Below are positions 25,936 through 34,559 of a DNA stretch of 64,000 bases, one piece after another (positions within the stretch are counted from its first letter, which is position 1; each line of letters begins with the position of its first letter). A program made the position numbers and the translations under genes. The stretch is from an uncultured Actinomycetes bacterium (GTDB lineage: Bacteria; Actinomycetota; Acidimicrobiia; IMCC26256; DASPTH01): NCBI GenBank assembly GCA_963720765.1, contig CAVRGS010000013.1, forward strand, positions 406,467 to 470,466. The letters are read 5' to 3'. Under the pieces are notes generated by a model. The model searched no databases. It was given only the letters and a program-made list of their open reading frames with translations, and was not told where the DNA came from.

Positions 25936-27164
25936 GGCGTCTCGTCGTCGTCATCCTCGCGCTCGGCCTCGTGGCGGCGGCGCTGAGCACCGCCGCCGCG
26001 CAGACCGCCACCACGAATGCCGCGTCCACGACGACGGCCCCGGCCGCCACCCGCGGGGTCACGGACACGTCGATCAAGGTCGGTGGGCTCGGCTACTCGT
26101 TCGTCTACGGCGGTGCCGACATCGGCGCCAAGGCGCGCTTCCAGCGGGCCAACGACTCGGGCGGCGTCAACGGCCGCACGATCGACTACCTGGGCTTCAC
26201 CGACGACGGCGCCGACCCGACCGCCGGCACCGCCGCGGCCACGAAGCTGGTGGAGCAGGACGGCGTGTTCGCGGTCGTGCCCACGGTGACTCCCGATCTC
26301 GCGGCGGCGTCGTACCTCGTCGGCCAGGAGGTGCCGTACTTCGGGTGGGCGCTGTCATCGAACTTCTGCGGCAACCCGTACGGGTTCGGGTTCACCGGGT
26401 GCCCGGTGCCGAGGAACGCCACGAGCAACGCGTGGCCGTTGGTGGTCGGCAAGGTCTTCCCGAAGGGCGCCAGCGGTCGCACGATCGCGATCGTCGCCGA
26501 GAACACCCCGTCGGGGCAGTACGACGTCGGTGCGCTGAGTGCCGCGGCGAAGAGCGTGAAGTTCGCGGTGTCGTACGCGAAGACCTCCCTGACCGCGCCG
26601 GCGACGCCCGACTACAACGCAGTCGCCAAAGAGGTGCTCGCGAGCAAGAACGGCGCGAGTCCGGACGCGGTGTTCGTGCTCGGCGGTCCGTCGAACGTGC
26701 TCGGCATGCAGCAGGCGCTCGCCGCCAGCGGCTACCTCGGTGTCTTCACCAACCAGATCGAGTACTCGCCGCTCCTGGTCGCGCCCGCAGTCGGTGCGTT
26801 CGTGTACACGCAGACCGCACCTACGGAGACGGTGACCGGCAACGCGGCGATGCAGCAACTGGTGAAGGACGTGCAGCAGGTCGCACCCGACCAGCCGATC
26901 GACCAGTCGGTGCTCGCCGGCTACTGGTCGGCCGACCTCTTCCTGGCCGCCGTGCAGCAGGCGGGCAAGAACCTCACCACGGCCTCGCTCGAGAAGGCGG
27001 CCAACCGGAAGTTCACGTACGACGTCGCCGACACCGTGGGCCCCACGACGTTCCCGGCCGCCCATTCGCTGCCGACGCCGTGTGGCGCGCTCGTCTCGAG
27101 CAGCGGCACCGCGTACGCGGTGAAGGTGCCGTACACGTGCGGGCGCGTCGTCCCGATCAAGTAG
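25932..27164 (+). CDS. type-I PBP-fold ABC solute-binding protein (Liv-like)
   Basis: GTG overlaps the phosphatase stop (GTGA). The signal peptide is VRRLVVVILALGLVAAALSTAAAQ, followed by IKVGGLGYS...GVNGRTIDYLGFTDDG. Confidence 0.85.
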   Translation: MRRLVVVILALGLVAAALSTAAAQTATTNAASTTTAPAATRGVTDTSIKVGGLGYSFVYGGADIGAKARFQRANDSGGVNGRTIDYLGFTDDGADPTAGTAAATKLVEQDGVFAVVPTVTPDLAAASYLVGQEVPYFGWALSSNFCGNPYGFGFTGCPVPRNATSNAWPLVVGKVFPKGASGRTIAIVAENTPSGQYDVGALSAAAKSVKFAVSYAKTSLTAPATPDYNAVAKEVLASKNGASPDAVFVLGGPSNVLGMQQALAASGYLGVFTNQIEYSPLLVAPAVGAFVYTQTAPTETVTGNAAMQQLVKDVQQVAPDQPIDQSVLAGYWSADLFLAAVQQAGKNLTTASLEKAANRKFTYDVADTVGPTTFPAAHSLPTPCGALVSSSGTAYAVKVPYTCGRVVPIK

Positions 27165-27168
27165 GCCC

Positions 27169-28410
27169 GTGCGACTCCGAAACCGCGCGCTCGTCGCGCT
27201 CGCCGCGCTCGTCGCCACCGCGATGACGACCGCCGTCGCGCCGGGCGCGGGTGCGGCGACGCCGCCGCAGATCGGCGTCACCCGCACGACCGTCACCGTC
27301 GGCGGCCTCGTGGGTGGCGAGCCCGCGTCGAGTGGCGCCGAGATCGGCGCCCAGGCGCGCATCGCCCGTGCCAACCGGCGCGGGGGCGTGGCCGGCCGCA
27401 CCGTCGAGTACGCCGGCAACGCCGCCGACGCCGCCGTCGCGGCGGCGACCGTCTTCGCGGTGGTGCCTGCGGTGAGCGACGCGCTCGACACCACCGCACT
27501 GGCGGGGGCGTCGGCACCGTTCGTGGGTGCGGCGTCGACCGCCGCGTGGGATGGCAACCGCTTCGGGTTCGGCTTCGTGGGCGCGCAGGCCGCAGTGCAG
27601 ACGAAGGTGGTGAGCCCGGCGTGGGGTGCGCGGCTGCGGTCGCTGCTCGGGACGGCGCAGGGCTCGACCGTGACCCTCGCGGTCGACGACGGCGACCTCG
27701 GCGCCGCGCGTGCCGCCCAGGCCGACGCGTCGCTGCGCGCCGCCGGGTTCCGCGTGGGGGCGACGGTCACCGTGCCGGCGCCGCCGGCACCGTTGCCGGA
27801 TCTCGCGCCGCTCGCGGGTCAGCTGGCCACCGGTGCGCCCGCGGTCGTGCTGCTCCTCACGTCCGCCGCGGCCACCTCCGGGATGGCGCGGGTGCTCGCG
27901 GCCATCGGCTTCACGGGCACGGTCGCGGCCGACGCCTCGATGTACCAACCGACGACCCCCGCCGTCGCCAACGGCCTCACGGTCCTGGTGCCCTACGCGC
28001 CACTCGAGCAGTCGACGGCGGACAATCGCCGCCTCGCGGCGGACGTCGAGGCGTTCGCGCCGGGCACGCAGCTCACCGCCGGCATCGTTGCGGGGTACTG
28101 GTCGGCCGACCTGTTCCTCCGGATCCTCGCGAAGACCGGCAAGCGCCTCACGTGCGCACGGTTCCTCGCGGTGGCCCAGCGCTTCCAGTACGAGGTGCCG
28201 TCGACCATCGGTACGTCGCGTTGGCCCGCCGCACACGCCCAGGGCGTCCCCTGCGGCGCGCTCGTGCAGAGCGACGGGTCGCGGTACGTGGTGGCCGAAC
28301 CTTATGCGTGCGGCAAGCCCATCGTCGTCAAGACGCCGCAGCGGGTCACGACGACGACCGCCCCCACGACGACCGCCCCCACGACGACCGCCCCACCGAC
28401 CACGCGCTGA
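27169..28410 (+). CDS. type-I PBP-fold ABC solute-binding protein paralog with C-terminal TTTAP repeats
   Basis: 413-aa ORF. The signal is MRLRNRALVALAALVATAMTTAVAPGAGA. The body is collinear with the previous gene (..YWSADLFL..PCGALV..), and the tail is TTTTAPTTTAPTTTAPPTTR. Confidence 0.8.
   Translation: MRLRNRALVALAALVATAMTTAVAPGAGAATPPQIGVTRTTVTVGGLVGGEPASSGAEIGAQARIARANRRGGVAGRTVEYAGNAADAAVAAATVFAVVPAVSDALDTTALAGASAPFVGAASTAAWDGNRFGFGFVGAQAAVQTKVVSPAWGARLRSLLGTAQGSTVTLAVDDGDLGAARAAQADASLRAAGFRVGATVTVPAPPAPLPDLAPLAGQLATGAPAVVLLLTSAAATSGMARVLAAIGFTGTVAADASMYQPTTPAVANGLTVLVPYAPLEQSTADNRRLAADVEAFAPGTQLTAGIVAGYWSADLFLRILAKTGKRLTCARFLAVAQRFQYEVPSTIGTSRWPAAHAQGVPCGALVQSDGSRYVVAEPYACGKPIVVKTPQRVTTTTAPTTTAPTTTAPPTTR
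28351..28394. repeat. 15-bp tandem repeat (acgacgaccgccccc) x ~3 encoding TTTAP
   Basis: Read from the sequence at the 3' end of the SBP gene. Confidence 0.8.
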
Positions 28411-28425
28411 GGGAGCGCGGGCGAC

Positions 28426-28638
28426 TCAGTCGCCGTCTTCGAGGCGGAAGCCGACCTTCATCGTCACCTGGAACCACGCGATGTCGCCCTCGTTCATCGC
28501 GCCGCGGATGTCGGTGACCTCGAACCAATCGAGGTTGCGCAACGTCTTCGACGCGCGGCCGATGCCGCTGCGAATCGCGGCGTCGATGCCGTCCGGTGAC
28601 GACCCGACGATCTCGGTGATCTTGTACGTGTGGTCCAT
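28426..28638 (-). CDS. dodecin family flavin-binding protein
   Basis: Terminal 70 aa of ORF 28426..30018: MDHTYKITEIVGSSPDGIDAAIRSGIGRASKTLRNLDWFEVTDIRGAMNEGDIAWFQVTMKVGFRLED. Confidence 0.85.
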   Translation of the reverse strand: MDHTYKITEIVGSSPDGIDAAIRSGIGRASKTLRNLDWFEVTDIRGAMNEGDIAWFQVTMKVGFRLEDGD

Positions 28639-28670
28639 CGGGATCCTCCTGGGGCGAGGGTGAGCGTGCA

Positions 28671-28758
28671 CGAGCGAGGGGTGAACGGGGACGGGGCGAG
28701 CGGAGCGAGCGAGGGGTGAACGGGGACGGAGCGAGCGGAGCGAGCGAGGGGTGAACGG
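28671..28758. repeat. 35-bp intergenic tandem repeat, 2.5 copies (cgagcgaggggtgaacggggacggRgcgagcggag)
   Basis: Read from the sequence. Copies are at 28671-28705 and 28706-28740 (1 mismatch), with a partial copy at 28741-28758. It lies between the dodecin start (-) and the epoxide hydrolase start (+). Confidence 0.8.
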
Positions 28759-28770
28759 TAGCGTCGGCCC

Positions 28771-29925
28771 ATGGGACTCGCCATCGAACCGTTCACCATC
28801 GCGATCCCCGACGCCGACCTCGACGACCTGCGCCAGCGGCTGGCTCGTACGCGGCTCTCGGCGCAGTTGCCGGACGCGGGGTGGGACTACGGCACCGAGC
28901 GGGGCTACCTGGCCGAGCTCGTCGAGTACTGGCACGACGGTTACGACTGGCGTCGCGCCGAGGCGATGCTCAACGCGTTCGAGAACTTCGTCACCGAGGT
29001 CGACGGCACGCAGGTGCACTTCATCCACGCGCCGTCGCCCGAACCCGACGCGACGCCCTTGATCGTCACCCACGGCTGGCCGGGATCGGTGATCGAGTTC
29101 ATGGAGATCATCCGTCCGTTGTCCGACCCTCGTGCGCACGGCGGCGACCCGGCCGATGCCTTCCACGTCGTGTGCCCGTCGATCCCCGGTTACGCGTTCT
29201 CGGGTCCGACGCGCGAGCGTGGCTGGGGACCGCGCCGCATCGCGCGGGCGTGGGCCGAGCTCATGGCCGGTCTCGGCTACGAGCGCTACGGCGCGCAGGG
29301 TGGCGACTGGGGCTCGATGATCTCGACCCAGCTCGGTCTGGTCGATCCCGAGCACGTCGTGGGCATCCACCTCAACATGGTGGTGGCGCCTCCGCCGCCC
29401 GATCTCGACTTCGAGCACCTGCAGGACGACGAGCAGATCGCCCTCGGCACCTACGAGTACTACGGGCGCGTCGACTCCGGGTACTCGAAGATCCAGGGTA
29501 CGAAGCCGCAGACGATCGGGTACGCGCTCGATGACTCTCCCGCCGGTCTCGCCGGCTGGATCATCGAGAAGTTCCGGACCTGGAGCGATTGCGACGGCGA
29601 CCTCGAACGTCGCTTCACCAAGGATCAGCTGCTCGACAACGTGATGCTCTACTGGCTCACCGGCACCGCGCACTCGGCCGGTCGCCTGTACTACGAGGCC
29701 GAGCAGACCGGCACCTTCGTGGCTGACCGGAAGGTCGAGGTGCCGGTGGGTGTCGCCGCCTTCCCGGCCGAGATCATCCGGCCGCCCCGGCGGTGGGCCG
29801 AGCCGCGCTACGACATCCGCCAGTGGACCGAAATGCCGCGAGGTGGCCATTTCGCGGCGTTCGAGGAGCCGGCGCTGCTCGTCGAGGACGTCCGAGCCTT
29901 CTTCCGATCCCTGCGGAGCAACTGA
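28771..29925 (+). CDS. epoxide hydrolase (microsomal-type, N-terminal EH domain + alpha/beta hydrolase)
   Basis: 384-aa ORF: ...FTIAIPDADLDDLRQRLARTR...HFIHAPSPEPDATPLIVTHGWPGSVIEF...GAQGGDWGS (nucleophile Asp context). Confidence 0.9.
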   Translation: MGLAIEPFTIAIPDADLDDLRQRLARTRLSAQLPDAGWDYGTERGYLAELVEYWHDGYDWRRAEAMLNAFENFVTEVDGTQVHFIHAPSPEPDATPLIVTHGWPGSVIEFMEIIRPLSDPRAHGGDPADAFHVVCPSIPGYAFSGPTRERGWGPRRIARAWAELMAGLGYERYGAQGGDWGSMISTQLGLVDPEHVVGIHLNMVVAPPPPDLDFEHLQDDEQIALGTYEYYGRVDSGYSKIQGTKPQTIGYALDDSPAGLAGWIIEKFRTWSDCDGDLERRFTKDQLLDNVMLYWLTGTAHSAGRLYYEAEQTGTFVADRKVEVPVGVAAFPAEIIRPPRRWAEPRYDIRQWTEMPRGGHFAAFEEPALLVEDVRAFFRSLRSN

Positions 29926-30131
29926 GCGTGCCGCGGACATCCAACCTCGGCTCGACACGAGCAATGGTGCTCGTGAGGATCGTGTCACTGCGGAGAGTGG
30001 CTGCGCCGATGGCCGCATTGGAGGAAGCGATCGTGCACAATGCCGTGCGTCGGTTCGGGGGCGTGGCGTCGACGGATGTCATCGAGGCACGTTCTCGCTG
30101 ACCGCCAACCTCACCGGGAAGACCCCTCTCG

Positions 30132-30320
30132 GTGAACTTCACCTACGGCACCGACAACGCCGACAGGTCGGGCGGTGCAACGCCCGGTGGTCACGTCGTC
30201 GTTCGGGTGAATGCGAACACGGCCACGAGCAGCACGACGGCAGCTTCGCTGGCGTTCACCGGTTCCTCCGGCGGCGATGGTGTCGGTGCCGTGCTGGTGG
30301 TCGCTGTCCGCCGTCGCTCG
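30132..30320 (+). pseudogene. possible relic of the C-terminus of a sortase-anchored surface protein (LAFTG sorting signal)
   Basis: The frame of ORF 30132..30500 reads ...NANTATSSTTAASLAFTGSSGGDGVGAVLVVAVRRRS, which is LAxTG + hydrophobic stretch + Arg tail. There is no signal peptide or upstream body, and no stop after the tail. The frame is closed by a TGA at ~30099. Confidence 0.3.
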
Positions 30321-30411
30321 CAGCTCTCGTCGTGCCGCGGCCGACGCGCCGCAGCAGAGCCGCACTGTAGAGTCGGCCCCCAACGTTCACACGCGCGTCT
30401 TGGAGGCAAGA

Positions 30412-30612
30412 ATGGCCTGGAAGGTCGTGGTCGACTTCGACCTCTGCGAGAGCAATGCCATCTGCATGGGCATCGTCCCCGAAGTGTTCGAGGTCCGTGA
30501 CGACAACTTCCTGTACGTGCTTCAGGAGAACCCGCCCGACGATCTCCGCGAGAAGTGCGATCAGGCCGTTCGGCAGTGCCCCAAGCAGGCGATCAGCATC
30601 GACGAGAGCTGA
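30412..30612 (+). CDS. small ferredoxin (P450-associated 3Fe-4S type)
   Basis: Last 66 aa of ORF 30211..30612: MAWKVVVDFDLCESNAICMGIVPEVFEVRDDNFLYVL...AVRQCPKQAISIDES (CxxxxxC...CP). A ggagg sequence lies upstream. Confidence 0.85.
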   Translation: MAWKVVVDFDLCESNAICMGIVPEVFEVRDDNFLYVLQENPPDDLREKCDQAVRQCPKQAISIDES

Positions 30613-30686
30613 ACGCCCCGACACTGCGTCGTCGGTGATCCGGGTCGCGCCGAAGGGCGTGGCCCCCACCGCTAGGTTGCTCGGCC

Positions 30687-31818
30687 ATGTCCACGCCGCG
30701 TGCGCAGCTCCGTCTGCAGCAGCGTCGGCGTCGGCGAGCACTGACCATCGGTGCGGTCGTCGTGGTGCTCGTGATCGCGCTGGTCGCCGGCGGCATCGCC
30801 GTGTTCGGCGGTGGTCGCGACAGCGACCGTCAGGTCACCGCCGGCGGGTCCGACCCGACGACGTCGTCGAGCCCGACCGCAGCACCGACCACGGCGGTGC
30901 CCACGACCCGCACCGGCGACCGAAGCTCCCACGAACTCGGGCCTGTCGGCGATCGACACCAGCCGTCGCTACGCGGTGGGGACGGCCACGCGCACCTTCG
31001 TCGACTCGTCGCGGACCACGTCTGCCAACGGTTCGTTCGTTGGGGAGCCCACCCGCACGCTCCCGACCGAGTTCTGGTACCCGGCGCAGGGCTCGGCGGA
31101 TCACGGCCCGGCGGCCGACGCCCCGCCCGACACGGAGCACGGCCCGTACCCGCTGGTGCTGTTCGCGCACGGCTACGCGGTCACCCCCGACTTCTACGCG
31201 CCGCTCCTCGCCGGGTGGGCGGCGGCCGGCTACGTGGTGGCCGCACCGGTGTTCCCGATCCTGAGCGGCTCCGATGGCGGCGCCAGCCACGTCGACTACG
31301 AGAAGACCTTCGGTGACGCGTCGTTCGTGATCACCCAGGTGCTCGAGCTGGGCAAGGGCGACCTGCTCGGCGGTCTCGTGGATCCCGACCGCATCGCGGC
31401 GGCGGGTCACTCCGATGGCGAGGTGGTGTCGTTCGGGGTCGGGTTCCTCGACTGCTGTCGCGACGTGCGGGTTCGGTCGGTGATCGCGATGGCCGGAGAC
31501 CTCTCCAACGCCAACAACCCGCACACCCGCGACACCGGCACGCCGATCCTCCACGTGATGGAGACCAACGACGAGTACGACCCGTACCTGCACTCGATCC
31601 AGTGGGACCGCGACAACCTCACGCCGCCGCGCTGGATGGTGTCACTCAACTCGAGCCACGTGCCGCCCTACACGCAGCCAGGCGATCCCGCGTTCGAGTT
31701 GGTGAGCTCGATCACGGTCGCGTTCTTCGACGGCACTCTGAAGGGTCACCCCGAACGGCTCGATGACGTGAGTCGTGACGTGAACGCACAGCCCGACGTC
31801 GGCACGATCGAGCGGTGA
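30687..31818 (+). pseudogene. membrane-anchored alpha/beta hydrolase (cutinase/PAF-acetylhydrolase-like) with a frame break in the Thr/Pro linker (about 30860-30930)
   Basis: The anchor and linker are in ORF 30687..31316 (MSTPRAQLRLQQRRRRRALTIGAVVVVLVIALVAGGIAVF...SSSPTAAPTTAVPTT). The catalytic body is in ORF 30811..31818 (..YPLVLFAHGY...AAGHSDGEVV...), which has no signal or start of its own. Confidence 0.65.
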
Positions 31819-31838
31819 TCGAACGCTGACCTCGAGCG

Positions 31839-33281
31839 TCAGCTCTCTTCGAGGAGCCGCTTGACCTCGCGGCGCAGGAGCTTGCCCGTCGCGGTCTGCG
31901 GCACCTCGTCGACCACCACGATGACCTCGGGGGTCTTGAGCGAGCCGATCCGCGTCCGCACCCAGTCGCGCACGTGGTCGAGGTCGACCTCGTCGACGCC
32001 GGGCCGCAGCGAGATCATGGCCGCGACCTTCTCGCCGTACTGCTCGTCGGCGAGCCCCACCACGGCGGCCACCGAGATGGCGTCGTGCTGGAGCAGGGCG
32101 TCCTCGACCTCCGCCGGGCCGATGTTCTCGCCGCCGCGGATGATCGTGTCGTCGGCGCGCCCCTCGCAGAAGACGTAGCCCTCGATGTCGAGCCAGCCGC
32201 GGTCGCCGGTGTGCAGCCAACCGTCCGCGTCGACCTTCGAGTCGGTGCCCACGTACTTGCCGCCGACCTGATCGCCCTTGATCAGGATCTCGCCGGGCTC
32301 GTCGGGACCCAGGGTCTCGCCCGACTCACCGACGATCCGGAACTCGATGCCCGGGACGGGCTGGCCGACGGACCCGAGCCGGGCGGTGAAGAGGGGCTCG
32401 TCGCTGTAGAGCGCGAGCCGGTGGTCGTCGGGCCCGAGGATGGCGACGGTGCTGCTGGTCTCGGTGAGGCCGTAGGCGTTGACGAAGTCGACCTCCGGGA
32501 ACAGGACCAACGCGCGGCGGAGGATCGAGGGGTGCATCTTCGCCCCGCCGTACGACATCGCCCGGAGGGTGGGGACCCGCAGCGACTCGTCGGCCTCCAT
32601 GGCCTCGACGATCTTGCCGAGCATGGTGGGCACGAGCATGGCGTGCGTGACGCCCTCGTCGCGGGCGGTCACCAGCCAGTCCTCGGCCGAGAAGCGCACG
32701 CCGGGCACGGGCACGATGCGACGGCCCACGTAGGTGTTGCTGAGCACCGCGGCGACGCCGGCCACGTGGAACGGGGGCACCACCACGATGGCGGCTTCGT
32801 CCTCACCCGCCGACGCGAACTCGAGCGTGTTGAAGATGTAGGCGAGGAGCTGGTCGTGCTCGAGGATCGCGGCCTTGGGTTCCGCCGACGTACCGCTGGT
32901 GAACAGGAGCACCGCAGGGGCGTCGGGCGAATCGGGGAAGGCGCGGTCGCTGCTGCCCTTGTTGTCGAGCCAGTGCGGGGCGGACACCACCGCCGGCTCG
33001 ATGCGCCCCAGCAGCGCCTCGAGCTGCGCCTCGGGGAGGCGGTAGTTCAGCGGCGCGTAGCTCACCCCGGCCCACGCCGCGCCGAACATGGTCGCGGGCA
33101 CGATCGGCGCGTTCGACTCCATCAGCGCCAGGCGTTCGGCGCCGGTGCCGTCGACCCGGTCGGCGATGCCGCGAGCAGCTGCCCGCAGGCCCTCGTAGGA
33201 GAGGCCGTCGGCGCGGGTGCCGTACGCGAGTCGGTCCCCCAGGGCGTCGGCCGCCATCTCGAGGATCATGGCGATGTTCAC
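31839..33281 (-). CDS. acyl-CoA synthetase / AMP-dependent ligase
   Basis: 480-aa ORF with LLFTSGTSAEPKAA (AMP motif), YGLTETSS, GWLHTGDRG and TATGKLLRREVK. Confidence 0.9.
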   Translation of the reverse strand: MNIAMILEMAADALGDRLAYGTRADGLSYEGLRAAARGIADRVDGTGAERLALMESNAPIVPATMFGAAWAGVSYAPLNYRLPEAQLEALLGRIEPAVVSAPHWLDNKGSSDRAFPDSPDAPAVLLFTSGTSAEPKAAILEHDQLLAYIFNTLEFASAGEDEAAIVVVPPFHVAGVAAVLSNTYVGRRIVPVPGVRFSAEDWLVTARDEGVTHAMLVPTMLGKIVEAMEADESLRVPTLRAMSYGGAKMHPSILRRALVLFPEVDFVNAYGLTETSSTVAILGPDDHRLALYSDEPLFTARLGSVGQPVPGIEFRIVGESGETLGPDEPGEILIKGDQVGGKYVGTDSKVDADGWLHTGDRGWLDIEGYVFCEGRADDTIIRGGENIGPAEVEDALLQHDAISVAAVVGLADEQYGEKVAAMISLRPGVDEVDLDHVRDWVRTRIGSLKTPEVIVVVDEVPQTATGKLLRREVKRLLEES

Positions 33282-33314
33282 GGTGGCCCCCTGGGATGCG
33301 GTGCGCTGCGGTGG

Positions 33315-33458
33315 TCAGTCGGAGGACGGGAGCGGCTTCGCCTGGGCGATCTCCATCGCCACCCCGTGGCAGCTCAGCTCGCCGTCGCCGGCCTTGGTGA
33401 CGAGGACGGTGGCCTCGCACTCGGCGCAGGTGTAGCGCTTGCCCATCTGGTTCGGCAT
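33315..33458 (-). CDS. unannotated mini-ORF (47 aa), desulforedoxin-like ribbon with CxxC...CH
   Basis: My translation is MPNQMGKRYTCAECEATVLVTKAGDGELSCHGVAMEIAQAKPLPSSD. A gagggg sequence lies ~8 nt upstream of the ATG, and the stop is 33 nt before the acyl-CoA synthetase GTG. It is too short for the ORF track. Confidence 0.6.
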   Translation of the reverse strand: MPNQMGKRYTCAECEATVLVTKAGDGELSCHGVAMEIAQAKPLPSSD

Positions 33459-33462
33459 CTCG

Positions 33463-33585
33463 TCACCCCTCGCGAGCAGCCATCGGCTGCCCGCAACACG
33501 ACACCTCGCCGTCGGTGCCCTTCACCACGATGATCTCGGTCTCGCACTGCTCACAGCGCAAGCGGCTTCCTGCTGCGGTCGGCAT
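33463..33585 (-). CDS. unannotated mini-ORF (40 aa), desulforedoxin-like ribbon with CxxC...CC
   Basis: My translation is MPTAAGSRLRCEQCETEIIVVKGTDGEVSCCGQPMAAREG. The Cys spacing is the same as in desulforedoxin (CxxC, 15 residues, CC). The stop is 4 nt before the next mini-ORF. Confidence 0.6.
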   Translation of the reverse strand: MPTAAGSRLRCEQCETEIIVVKGTDGEVSCCGQPMAAREG

Positions 33586-33646
33586 GCCCGGCAGGATACC
33601 CAACGCGCGCGAAGGCTCCGCCAGTCGGAGCTAGCGTGCCCGGTCG

Positions 33647-34507
33647 ATGAGTGCGCCCGACGATCCGCAGTCGTGGACGGTCGAGCACGACGGCTTCACC
33701 ATCGGGGCGCTCGACTGGGGTGGCGACGGGCCGCCCCTGGTCCTGCTCCACCCGAACGGCTTCTGCGCCGGGGTGTTCGACCCGCTGGCCCGGGCGCTCA
33801 CGTCAGACCACCGGGTGGTGGGCGTCGACCTGCGGGGCCACGGCACCAGCGACGCGCCCACCCGGTTCGAGGACTGCGGGTTCCTGGCCGCGGCGGGCGA
33901 CGTGGTCGCCATGCTCGACCACCTCGGGCTCGACGAGGTGGTGATCCTGGGCGAATCGCTCGGCGGCGGCACCGGGATCCTGGTCGACCTGCTGCAGCCG
34001 GGTCGCGTGCGCAAGCTCCTGCTGTGCGAGGCGATCGCCATGCCCGCGGTCGACGGTCTGCCGGGGCGGACCTCCGAGAACCACATGTCGGCCATGGCCC
34101 GGAAACGTCGGGCGGTGTGGGCCGACCGGGCCACGGTGCGTGAGTCCTACGGCAGCCGGCCGCCGATGAACGTGATGGAGCCGGCGGCGTTGGCGGGGTA
34201 CGTGGAGTGGGGGTTTCGCGACCGCCCCGACGGTCAGGTCGAGCTGTCGTGCCCGCCCGAGGTGGAGGCGTGGTTCTTCGAGTGCGGTACCCGGCCCGAC
34301 GGCGCGCCGGCGTCGTTCGAGCATCTGGCATCCCTGCACGCCGACGTCGCGGTCGTCTGCGCCGACGGCACCGATCTGCCCGACGGCATGTTCGCCGCCC
34401 AGGCCGAGCGCGCCGGCGTCGACCTCATCACCGTCGAGGGCACCCACTTCTTCGTGCAGGAGGACTCCGCCAGGGCCGCCGCCCTGGCCCGCGCCCACCT
34501 CGCCTAG
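33647..34507 (+). CDS. alpha/beta hydrolase
   Basis: 286-aa ORF: LVLLHPNGFCAGVF...VGVDLRGHGTSD...VVILGESLGGG (GxSxG). Confidence 0.85.
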   Translation: MSAPDDPQSWTVEHDGFTIGALDWGGDGPPLVLLHPNGFCAGVFDPLARALTSDHRVVGVDLRGHGTSDAPTRFEDCGFLAAAGDVVAMLDHLGLDEVVILGESLGGGTGILVDLLQPGRVRKLLLCEAIAMPAVDGLPGRTSENHMSAMARKRRAVWADRATVRESYGSRPPMNVMEPAALAGYVEWGFRDRPDGQVELSCPPEVEAWFFECGTRPDGAPASFEHLASLHADVAVVCADGTDLPDGMFAAQAERAGVDLITVEGTHFFVQEDSARAAALARAHLA

Positions 34508-34511
34508 CTGG

Positions 34512-34556
34512 TTCGGCGTCCCTACCGCGTCATCGTGACGCCGCAGGGGCGCCGAA
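34512..34556. terminator. long imperfect nested hairpin between convergent genes
   Basis: The outer arms are ttcggcgtccct/aggggcgccgaa (1 mismatch), enclosing gcgtca-tcg-tgacgc. It lies between the stops at 34507 (+) and 34560 (-). Confidence 0.4.
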
Positions 34557-34559
34557 TGA

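Noticed and set aside
28671-28758. Tandem repeats at 28671, 45197 and 59807 as possible CRISPR arrays
   Set aside because: The repeats are directly adjacent with no unique spacers, there are only 2-3 copies, and there are no cas genes. They are simple tandem duplications.
29964-30101. 45-codon ORF MVLVRIVSLRRVAAPMAALEEAIVHNAVRRFGGVASTDVIEARSR in the gene-poor stretch
   Set aside because: It has no SD, weak codon bias and no recognisable fold. I treat it as part of the degraded region rather than a gene.
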